Source: Terriglobia bacterium
GTDB lineage: Bacteria > Acidobacteriota > Terriglobia > Acidiferrales > UBA7541
Assembly: GCA_963695545.1 (NCBI GenBank)
Contig: OY968796.1
Coordinates: 2,240,001-2,304,000 of the forward strand
Reading direction: 5' to 3'
Length of the DNA stretch: 64,000 nt
Part shown: piece by piece, positions 56,245 to 64,000 of the stretch
Numbering within the stretch: the stretch's first letter is position 1
How the letters are laid out: each line of letters begins with the position of its first letter
Made by a program: the position numbers and the translations under genes
Notes under the pieces: model-generated
Seen by the model: only the letters and a program-made list of their open reading frames with translations
Told to the model about the DNA's origin: nothing
Database searches by the model: none

Positions 56245-57816
56245 TCACTCTGGCTTGGCGGTGGATGGCAGTAGTTTCGCGAGCTCGTCCTTTTTGACTT
56301 TTCCGGTTAGAGTCAACGGCATCTCGGGAACCAGAATAATTTGCGATGGGTGTTTGTACGGCGCAAGGTTGCGCATCGCGTGGCTTGTCAGTTCGGCGAT
56401 CGTGGGCGGTGAATCGGCCGACGGTTGAACGAATGCGACGACCTCCTCCCCGCCTCCTTCCATTCCTTCAACGGTTCGGCCAATCACGGCCGACCGGACG
56501 ACGCCAGGGTGGGAATTCAGCACCGCCTCAACCTCTGCCGGATAAACATTCATCCCAAATCGCACGATCAATTCCTTAGTGCGCCCCACGATAAATAGAT
56601 TTCCATCTTCCAATCGAGCGAGGTCGCGGGTGTTGAACCATCCCTCGGCGTCGATGGCGGCGGCCGTCTCCTCTGGGGCGCGATAGTAACCCTTCATCAC
56701 GTTCGGCCCGCGCACCCATAATTCACCCACTTCACCTTGAGCCACTGGCTTGCCGTCCGCCCCCACGAATTTCACTTCGATTCCGGGAAACACCTGGCCG
56801 ACAGAAATGTCGTTGCGGGGTTCCTCGATTCTCGCTTGCGCTATGTTCGGCGAGCATTCCGTGACGCCGTAACCGTTATAGAGCGGCATGCCAAAAAGCG
56901 CTTCTACGGCCGTTTTTACCGCAGGTTGCAGCGGCGCGCCGGAGGACGAGATGATTCGAAGCGCAGGGAATTTCAATTTCTCCAATCTTTTTATTTTTGA
57001 GTACTCAACCAACAAGCCGAACATCGACGGCACGCCGAGTACGACCGTGAGTCGATCACGTTCCAGCGCCGCGAGCGCCGCGACGGGATCAAAACGCGGC
57101 GCCACGTACAGCGTCGCGCCGCTAAGCAGCGTGCCTAAAAGTACCACCGAGAGCCCTACAGCATGCGACATCGGCAGAACGCCGTAGAGACGATCATCCG
57201 GCGTCAGCGAGCGAATTTTTGCCGAAATCGCCGCGACAAACAGCAAATTCCTGTGAGTTAGTACCACGCCTTTGGGTAGTCCGGTTGTCCCTGACGTATA
57301 GATCAGAGCCGCGACGCGATCAGCTCGGTTCTCTTCAACCGCCTCGGGCTCGACTTTCTCGTTCATCGAGCCAAAACCGATCGGGCCCAGTCCGGCGACA
57401 TCTCCCATCGTCGCACCATGCCGCTTGGCATGCTGCGTAGCGTGCGGCGAGACGCTGGTAGTGTAAATTACGCGGCGCGCGCCACAGTGATCGCGGATGT
57501 CGTCGATCTCGCGAGCTGAAAGCCGCGCGTTCACGAACACCGGCCATGCGTCGATACCCGCCGCAGCCAGGAAAATCGCGATCAGCGCTCGACAGTTCTC
57601 GCATACGATCATGACTCGATCACCCGCGCGCACGCCCGATTCGCGGAGCCAGGAGCTAGTTTCGGCGACCACCTCGCCCAGTTGCCGATAGGTCCAGCTA
57701 CCCGCGGCCTCCACCACCGCCGGCCGGTCAGGGGAGCGTTCGGTCCACGGCCCGATGACGTCGCTTACGCTCTCCGGCAGCGCTTTCAAGATTTCGGATA
57801 CGTGAATGTCATTCAT
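56245..57816 (-). CDS. Class I adenylate-forming enzyme (acyl-CoA/acyl-carrier ligase)
   Basis: YTSGTTGLPKG, GYGVTE, NTRD, GRTKE, NVYPAEVE, TGKV. Confidence 0.9.
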   Translation of the reverse strand: MNDIHVSEILKALPESVSDVIGPWTERSPDRPAVVEAAGSWTYRQLGEVVAETSSWLRESGVRAGDRVMIVCENCRALIAIFLAAAGIDAWPVFVNARLSAREIDDIRDHCGARRVIYTTSVSPHATQHAKRHGATMGDVAGLGPIGFGSMNEKVEPEAVEENRADRVAALIYTSGTTGLPKGVVLTHRNLLFVAAISAKIRSLTPDDRLYGVLPMSHAVGLSVVLLGTLLSGATLYVAPRFDPVAALAALERDRLTVVLGVPSMFGLLVEYSKIKRLEKLKFPALRIISSSGAPLQPAVKTAVEALFGMPLYNGYGVTECSPNIAQARIEEPRNDISVGQVFPGIEVKFVGADGKPVAQGEVGELWVRGPNVMKGYYRAPEETAAAIDAEGWFNTRDLARLEDGNLFIVGRTKELIVRFGMNVYPAEVEAVLNSHPGVVRSAVIGRTVEGMEGGGEEVVAFVQPSADSPPTIAELTSHAMRNLAPYKHPSQIILVPEMPLTLTGKVKKDELAKLLPSTAKPE

Positions 57817-58010
57817 ACCCGATCATCATACCAGCGCGCTTTGGCCACGTGTGGGCTGCGTGACGCGTACTGCGATGTCTGCGGCCGGTAAATTCTGGCC
57901 AGTTGGAACTGCGCGGGGAATATTACGGGGAGAAATATCACATAGCGTGTATCGACGAAGAGGCCGTACGGCCGAAACACATTAGCCTCAGACAATTTGA
58001 ATGGACGAAC

Positions 58011-59057
58011 TCACCCGCGCACTGCGGGGGTCGCGGCCCGAATCGACGACGCGTCGGCCTTCCCGGTGATCAGATACCGTAACCAATTGCTGTAAACGGT
58101 CGCGGCCGATTTTTGCCAGGTACCTTGGATGGCCTCGGAAATGGCGGCCTCGGGAAATCTTGCCAAGAGTTCCTCGCGTGGATCCGCAATAACGCTCTCT
58201 TGAAAATCCGATAGCAGTTTGGTGGCTATAGGGTCGAAGTATCCTTCTGGCATCGTCGGGTACGATTCTCTGTCCCGCCTCAAAAACCGTTTTATGTCTC
58301 TTCGGAACTCTTTGAGCAGGGTTCGCGTCTCGTATTCCGGATGACCCTGAAAGTGCACGAAGAAGCTGTTCTTCTTCTTTTTGACAAATAGGTCAACGCC
58401 CGCTTCCGCTGATTGCGTCAGGATCTCATATCCACAGGAAGTGAGCGCATCGGCTCGGACTTCATTCCAGCGAGAATGTGGAATCTGCATCCCATCCCCG
58501 AGGCCTTCGGTCAGCGCATGGCCGCGCACTTTCTTATACTCGAAAACGCCGAACTGTTTGTCAGGGAGGCGATGGCGAGGGATGCCGTCGCTGTAGAGGA
58601 CGCCGGCGTGAGCTGCCAGGCACGACAGTACCGTTGAAGTCGTGTTGCCTTCGGCCCAGTCAAGAACTTCGGTCAGGGCGGGCCAGTACGGTTCGTCCCG
58701 CAAGTCAGGGAGGAGCGGTTCAGTGCCAGTCACGATCACGCCGTCGAATCTACTGTTCAGAAGATCGCTTATCCCAGAATAGAAATCGTCGAGGTGTTTC
58801 CTTCCCGCGTCATTACGGGAAAGTTCGGGCAGGGAATAGAGCTTGAGAGATAACGGAATGTCGCCAGCCGCAGATTCGAGAAGTTCGAAGAATTGCACTT
58901 CGGTGTCCTCGAGCGCGGAGTCTGGCATGTTGTTGATCAGCGCGATTCTAACCGGCCCGGACCGCGATGTCCGATTGTCCGCGCTTCGCGCAGCCCGCGA
59001 ACGGTTCTTCCGCGACAAAAGATTCGGAACCCTTCCTCCGTCGATTGTGATTGACAT
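58011..59057 (-). CDS. metA: Homoserine O-acyltransferase (MetA family)
   Basis: IALINNMPD, TEVQF, DGVIVTG, SCLAAH, PHSRWN, QGHPEY. Confidence 0.85.
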   Translation of the reverse strand: MSITIDGGRVPNLLSRKNRSRAARSADNRTSRSGPVRIALINNMPDSALEDTEVQFFELLESAAGDIPLSLKLYSLPELSRNDAGRKHLDDFYSGISDLLNSRFDGVIVTGTEPLLPDLRDEPYWPALTEVLDWAEGNTTSTVLSCLAAHAGVLYSDGIPRHRLPDKQFGVFEYKKVRGHALTEGLGDGMQIPHSRWNEVRADALTSCGYEILTQSAEAGVDLFVKKKKNSFFVHFQGHPEYETRTLLKEFRRDIKRFLRRDRESYPTMPEGYFDPIATKLLSDFQESVIADPREELLARFPEAAISEAIQGTWQKSAATVYSNWLRYLITGKADASSIRAATPAVRG

Positions 59058-59099
59058 TCCCTGGTACCTAGGCTGACGACGACCACGATCGCGACAGGC

Positions 59100-60377
59100 T
59101 TACGGAGTCGCTTTATCGAGTGCCTGCGCGAGGTCGGCGATTATGTCGTCGATGTGTTCGATGCCCACGCTCAACCGAATCATTTCCGGCGTCACGCCCG
59201 CTTTCAATTGCTCTTCGGGCGTCAGCTGACGATGTGTGGTGGACGCGGGATGACAAGCCAGCGATTTGGCATCGCCCATGTTGACCATGCGCTTGAACAA
59301 AGCGAGAGCGTCAAAGCATTTCACACCGGTCTCGAACCCGCCCTTAACTCCAAACGTAAGCAGGGAACAAGGCCGCGAGCCCAGATATCTCTGCGCCATC
59401 GGATACAACGGGCTATCCGGAAATCCCGCGTAATTTACCCACGCCACGCGTTTGTGGCCGCGCAAAAACTCCGCTACCTTCCGTGCATTCTCCACATGGC
59501 GTTCCACGCGAAGCGCCATCGTCTCGATCCCTTGCAGCAACAAGAATCCGTTGAAGGGCGAGAGCGTCGATCCCGTGTTTCGCTGGGCGACGGTCCGGCA
59601 GCGCGCCACGTACGCGGCCGCTCCATAGTGCTCGGTATATACCACGCCGTGATAGGCTATTTCAGGCTTGCTGAACATGTAGAAGCGCTCCGGATGATCG
59701 CGCCACGGAAATTTTCCGCTGTCAACTATCATCCCGCCCAACGTCGTGCCATGCCCGCCCATGAATTTCGTCATGGAGTGCACCACGACGTCCGCGCCAT
59801 ATTCAATGGGCCTCAATAAGATCGGCGTTGCCACGGTGTTGTCGACGATCAGTGGCACGCCGTGCTTGTGCGCTACGCGCGCGAGTCCTTCGATATCCGC
59901 GACGTTTCCAGCGGGGTTTCCGACACTTTCGCAAAAAACCGCGCGCGTGTTTTCGTCGATCAATTTCTCGACCGCGTCGGGATGATCACTCTCGGCAAAC
60001 CTTCCCGCAATTCCTTGCTTGGGCAAAATGTGTGCCAACAGCGTGTAGGTCGCGCCGTAGAGTTGCGGAAGCGAAACGATGTTGTTACCCAGCTCCGCGA
60101 TGTTGATCAGGGAGTAGTGGATTGCGGCCATTCCCGAGCTCACGCTCAGCGCTTCCACGCCGCCTTCAAGCGCCGCAACTCGCTTTTCCAGAATTGTGTT
60201 GGTCGGATTTCCGATGCGCGTGTAGATATTCCCCTGGACTTCGAGGTTAAATAACGCCGCGCCGTGCGCCGCGTCGTCGAATTCGAACGCGACCGTCTGG
60301 TAGATCGGCACGGCCACGGCTTTGGTCGTGGGGTCGCCGTCGTAGCCGGCGTGAATTGCCATGGTCTCGAGCTTCAT
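59100..60377 (-). CDS. metY: O-acetylhomoserine aminocarboxypropyltransferase / sulfhydrylase
   Basis: VPIYQT, YTRIGNPT, VDNT, HSMTKF, GDAKSL..HPASTTHRQL, IRLSVGIE; start at ATG 60377. Confidence 0.9.
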   Translation of the reverse strand: MKLETMAIHAGYDGDPTTKAVAVPIYQTVAFEFDDAAHGAALFNLEVQGNIYTRIGNPTNTILEKRVAALEGGVEALSVSSGMAAIHYSLINIAELGNNIVSLPQLYGATYTLLAHILPKQGIAGRFAESDHPDAVEKLIDENTRAVFCESVGNPAGNVADIEGLARVAHKHGVPLIVDNTVATPILLRPIEYGADVVVHSMTKFMGGHGTTLGGMIVDSGKFPWRDHPERFYMFSKPEIAYHGVVYTEHYGAAAYVARCRTVAQRNTGSTLSPFNGFLLLQGIETMALRVERHVENARKVAEFLRGHKRVAWVNYAGFPDSPLYPMAQRYLGSRPCSLLTFGVKGGFETGVKCFDALALFKRMVNMGDAKSLACHPASTTHRQLTPEEQLKAGVTPEMIRLSVGIEHIDDIIADLAQALDKATP

Positions 60378-60517
60378 ACGTTCAGTCGCCTCGGCATCAG
60401 AAACACATCTCTGGTGGCGTCGAACCAGAGCTCTTACGCGCCTCGATAGACATTCGCCTAACGCGTCTTGCGGTTGCGTGGGCCGAGTTTGGCTCAACTG
60501 CGCCGCGGCGGCGTCGG

Positions 60518-61759
60518 TCAGTCCGCGATCGTCTCAGCCCTGGATACCGGCGCAGGTGCCGGATTCCGCGCGAGCGCTTTCGTCATCGCCTGCGTCAGAC
60601 GTCGTGCAGCGAAACCCGCGCCGAACGCGAAGCGCATGACCGGCCCGAAGCTGTTCGCAGCCGCGAGCCCGACGAAATAAATGCCGGGAACGGATGACTC
60701 GAAATCTGACGACAACACCGGCGAGCCGTCCACACATTTGAGCTTCGAGCGGATGTCAGAATTGAGGAACGCCAGGCTTTCCGGATCAACTTTGTATCCG
60801 GTCGCGGCGATGACGTGCTCGGCGACGATTTCGCGTTCGGAACCGTCTAGACCGCGCAGATGCAGCCGCACTTTGCCATCGTCGATCGCGGCGCGCTGAA
60901 CAGCGAATCCAAGAAGAAGAGGCACGCGCCCTAGCACCTTGTCCTTAATAAACCAGCCTCCGGACGGGCCAAGCGTGGTTCGGACGATATTGATGCGCAC
61001 ACTCTCCGGTAAATAGTGAAACAACGCGGGCCCATCCGAGAAGAAGCGGGAACTCAGGCCCGGGCCGAGTCCTGAATCCGGATGTCGGATGCGCTTCCAT
61101 AACGATCGACGTTTACCCGGCGTCGGCGCGTTGTGAAATTTCAGGGAGGTGGCGCGAGCCACAAGCTGTACATCGGCGTCGGCGTCGCGCAGCAATCCAG
61201 CCATATCAATTGCCGAAGAGCCGGCGCCGACTACGACGACGCTGCGGCCCTTGAACGCTGCAAGATCGCGATGAAGGTAACTATGCGACACAAACTCCGG
61301 TGCGAGATTCGCCAGGACATCCGGAATGCGCGCAAAATGCGTGATTCCAACGGCGAGTACAACGCGACGTGCCTTGACCTCTTCGCCGTCGTCCAATCGC
61401 AAAAGAAATCCGTCCGCGGAGCACTCGATGCCGGCGACCAATTTGTCTTCGAGTTCCGGAACCATGCGGTCCTTGAAGGCGAGCCCATAATCGCCGAACG
61501 TGGCGAGGTGCACCGGAATGCCCATATCCGCGTATTCGATCCCACGTTCCGCGCAGAATTGTTTCAAAGTAAATTTGGCATCGGGATCGTAGATGTTCGA
61601 AGCGAAGCCGTCAGATTTAAGCTTCATGCCCTTTGGCATGTGTGCTTCCCAGCTATCCATCGGACGTCCAAAGATGCGGAACGGGATTCCGCGGCCGCGG
61701 AAGTGCGCGGCGATTGAAAGTCCGTAAGGTCCTGCGCCGATAATGGCAACTTCAGTCAT
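60518..61759 (-). CDS. FAD/NAD(P)-dependent oxidoreductase, paralog of 44794-45990
   Basis: VAIIGAGPYGL, HMPKGM, VVGAGSSAID, AATGY, FESSVPGIYFVG, FGPVMRF. Confidence 0.85.
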   Translation of the reverse strand: MTEVAIIGAGPYGLSIAAHFRGRGIPFRIFGRPMDSWEAHMPKGMKLKSDGFASNIYDPDAKFTLKQFCAERGIEYADMGIPVHLATFGDYGLAFKDRMVPELEDKLVAGIECSADGFLLRLDDGEEVKARRVVLAVGITHFARIPDVLANLAPEFVSHSYLHRDLAAFKGRSVVVVGAGSSAIDMAGLLRDADADVQLVARATSLKFHNAPTPGKRRSLWKRIRHPDSGLGPGLSSRFFSDGPALFHYLPESVRINIVRTTLGPSGGWFIKDKVLGRVPLLLGFAVQRAAIDDGKVRLHLRGLDGSEREIVAEHVIAATGYKVDPESLAFLNSDIRSKLKCVDGSPVLSSDFESSVPGIYFVGLAAANSFGPVMRFAFGAGFAARRLTQAMTKALARNPAPAPVSRAETIAD

Positions 61760-62270
61760 AGTCCTAACCAAGGATCCTTCCAAGTGGTCTCTGTTGCTCG
61801 CTGTGTCACATGCACCCCGCCGTCCGGGGGCATTAGCGATACTGGCCCGAAATCGGAAATCTGTCCAGACGCTGTGTGCGGGCCACCATCGTTTGAGATA
61901 CGTCCCGCGATCCATTTGTCTGCAATCGAATCGCCCACTTTGCGTCCTATAAATACCTTATAATGAGCCATATATAGGTCCTCAAAAGAGAAGGGAGCGA
62001 TTCAAATACCCTTTTCCGGCCAAGCAATTCCTCAAGAACGCGCCGTAGCACCAGTGGCAACCTGAGACCATTCCCACCGTCGGAAAGCGCTTTGCGAACG
62101 TCAAGCAGAGCGCGGGTCGCTCGGCATCAGGCGCTAGCCGTGGCAAAGCGGACATCCTGTATACTCTCCTCCAATTCGTGGCGTTTGCCCGCGCAATTTT
62201 GTGAGCAATTCGATGGAGCCCCGGGTTGCTAAGCGGTCGATGGCCCGATCCCGGTCAAGCAGCAGAGCCC

Positions 62271-63353
62271 ATGCAACGAAGAATTCCTCAACTCGACGGC
62301 GTCCGGGGCGTGGCGATTCTCGTCGTGATGCTTCACAACATCAGCCTGAAATATCCTCTATTCCACTCGCAACGGTTGTTCGCTGATGGCTGGATGGGAG
62401 TCGATCTCTTTTTTGTGCTTTCCGGTTTCCTGATTACCGGCATCCTGGTTGATACAAAGCAATCGGAGGCTTATTTCAAAAATTTTTACGTCCGTCGCTG
62501 TCTGAGAATATGGCCCCTTTATTACTCGCTGCTCTTTTTCATGTTCGTCGTTGTTCGTTTCGTGAGCAAGTCGCAATACCATGACATTATTCAACAGTCG
62601 TCGCCCTGGTGGGCCTTTCCGCTGTTCCTGCAGAACTTCTTGCTTCCGATTTCAACCAATGCGGCCGGCCCCTTGGGTGTCACCTGGTCGCTCGCCATTG
62701 AGGAACAGTTTTATTTGGTCTGGGCCCTGGTTGTGCGATTTTGTTCGGCCACTAGCCTGCGGCGCGTCGCCGTCGCGGAGATTTGCATTTCGCCCGTGCT
62801 ACGCTATTTCCTCTCGCTCCGCCACGTCGATCTCTACATAAACGTATTCTGCCGATTGGACGGCCTGATGGCCGGAGCGCTTCTTGCGCTTCTTGTTCGA
62901 TCTGACAAATTTATCCCATCGAAGTGGCTCAAGCGCGCCTGGATTTTGCTGGCGATCGCAACGCCGCTTGCAATCTTGACCGCGCGCTACAATCTCGGAT
63001 GGATTCTGTATTCCCTTACGGCGCTGGCTTCGGTGTCCTTCGTTTACGTTTCGTTGTTTTCACCACGAAAGTGGCTACGGTCAGTGATGACCAACCGATT
63101 CCTGGTCTATACCGGGGTCACGAGTTACGGGCTGTACTTGCTGCACAAGATTCCCTTTGGCGTGGTGCAAACGCTTCGTCTGGATCGTCATCCCTTCGTT
63201 CCGCTACCGTTCATATTCGTAACGAGTTTTGCGATGGCGGCGATCTCCTGGAATCTTCTTGAGAAGCCATTCCTGAACTTGAAGCGTTACTTCGAGTCCC
63301 AGCCGAGTGAGCGGGCTGGCCGCGGTCTCTCGATTTCAGTCGCTTCGCGCTGA
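62271..63353 (+). CDS. Acyltransferase family 3 (OafA-like membrane O-acyltransferase)
   Basis: LDGVRGVA, GVDLFFVLSGFLIT, FYVRRCLRIWPLY, WSLAIEEQFY, SYGLYLLH, EKPFL. Confidence 0.92.
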   Translation: MQRRIPQLDGVRGVAILVVMLHNISLKYPLFHSQRLFADGWMGVDLFFVLSGFLITGILVDTKQSEAYFKNFYVRRCLRIWPLYYSLLFFMFVVVRFVSKSQYHDIIQQSSPWWAFPLFLQNFLLPISTNAAGPLGVTWSLAIEEQFYLVWALVVRFCSATSLRRVAVAEICISPVLRYFLSLRHVDLYINVFCRLDGLMAGALLALLVRSDKFIPSKWLKRAWILLAIATPLAILTARYNLGWILYSLTALASVSFVYVSLFSPRKWLRSVMTNRFLVYTGVTSYGLYLLHKIPFGVVQTLRLDRHPFVPLPFIFVTSFAMAAISWNLLEKPFLNLKRYFESQPSERAGRGLSISVASR

Positions 63354-63440
63354 ACTTTTGTCGGACGAGGGGATCGCAACAGAGTCTTGGAGCTTCATGG
63401 AAGGCGCGTTTCTCGAAATCGGATGCCTCGTATACTTTGC

Positions 63441-64000
63441 TCAGTGTTTCTTCAGCAGGCACGCACCGGTCCACGGATAATTTCCTTGCACCACCTTGGG
63501 TTCGGGCAATAAGGAGAGCAACTCCTCTGGTGCCCGGCCCAACTGTGCCGCGGTCCTGAGGAACCCCTGCGTGTCCGTTGGTTCCCAGCCGTACGCCGCG
63601 AAAAAATTCGCGCCGTCCGAGGGACCAAACTTGAACGCCGCGCCCGCGTCGCTGAGCTGCTTTCCGGTCGAGCGCTGCATGTATTTCAGCTGGCCGGGCG
63701 AGGCAAGGTCGATGATCCAGCTTCGGAAATGCTCCCCGAGAGCAAGATCCCGCGCCAAGGATGCAACCTCGTCGCTCGTGAAATAGATCAACAACCCTTC
63801 GGTAACGACTGCGATTTTCTTCGCTCGCTGGTCGAGATCCGTGAAAAGAGCTTGGCGTTTGGGGTTGTCGGACAGGTCCAAGCTGACGCGCTCGAGCCTG
63901 CATTTTGGTTTTTCGTTTCCAAGAATTTCTTGCTTGTACGAGACGATTTCTGGCAAGTCCACTTCCACCCATTGAAATTCCGGACGGAGCTCCATGCGGT
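63441..64000 (-). CDS. SAM-dependent methyltransferase (LCM-like), 5' end beyond the window
   Basis: RMEL..QWVEVDLP, SLDL, VTEGLLIY motifs; frame open to the right edge. Confidence 0.78.
   Translation of the reverse strand, partial: RMELRPEFQWVEVDLPEIVSYKQEILGNEKPKCRLERVSLDLSDNPKRQALFTDLDQRAKKIAVVTEGLLIYFTSDEVASLARDLALGEHFRSWIIDLASPGQLKYMQRSTGKQLSDAGAAFKFGPSDGANFFAAYGWEPTDTQGFLRTAAQLGRAPEELLSLLPEPKVVQGNYPWTGACLLKKH

Noticed and set aside
61921..61937. Minus-strand GG-N10-GC (TGGGCGATTCGATTGCA) upstream of the flavoprotein-metY-metA genes
   Set aside because: Spacing and -12 fit but the -24 half is poor; too weak to list without TSS data.
1..64000. CRISPR arrays, rRNA, transposases/integrases, prophage genes
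   Set aside because: No regularly spaced direct repeats or recognisable motifs seen by eye; short or degenerate elements could have been missed.

Overview
Bacterial window, most consistent with an Acidobacteriota-type genome (inferred from gene content and style, not tested). 1-5200 looks like ordinary chromosome: a partial secreted protein, two tandem FecR-like membrane-anchored paralogs with their own promoters and terminators, a TPR/zincin peptidase and an M20 peptidase. A truncated SDR gene at about 5285-5405 marks the start of a surface-polysaccharide locus of about 44 kb (5700-49550). It is headed by a sigma54-type promoter, an ops-like element and a NusG/RfaH/UpxY paralog. It encodes a priming transferase, an amino-sugar pathway, GT2/GT4 enzymes, a Wzy/ligase-like protein, two Wzx flippases (one frameshifted), a GDP-heptose pathway, an AlgD-like dehydrogenase, methyltransferases and several amide/acyl-forming enzymes. 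Two modules stand out. (1) A full-length, CCA-ending tRNA-Ser-like RNA (20193-20283) whose anticodon loop is replaced by an 8-bp stem with a UUCG tetraloop, directly upstream of a FemABX/GNAT-like gene: a candidate dedicated, non-translating seryl donor for glycan aminoacylation. (2) An E1alpha/E1beta pair plus a lipoyl-domain::PglD/NeuD acyltransferase fusion, lying between a sugar dehydrogenase and an aminotransferase. 50000-63400 holds an accessory cluster: two standalone carrier-thioesterase proteins, an aminotransferase, a P450, a ThDP enzyme, an adenylate-forming ligase, metA/metY, a flavoprotein and an acyltransferase-3. Several genes carry frameshifts that may be assembly errors. No CRISPR array, rRNA or transposase was recognised. 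All functional calls come from motif reading; no database searches were run.
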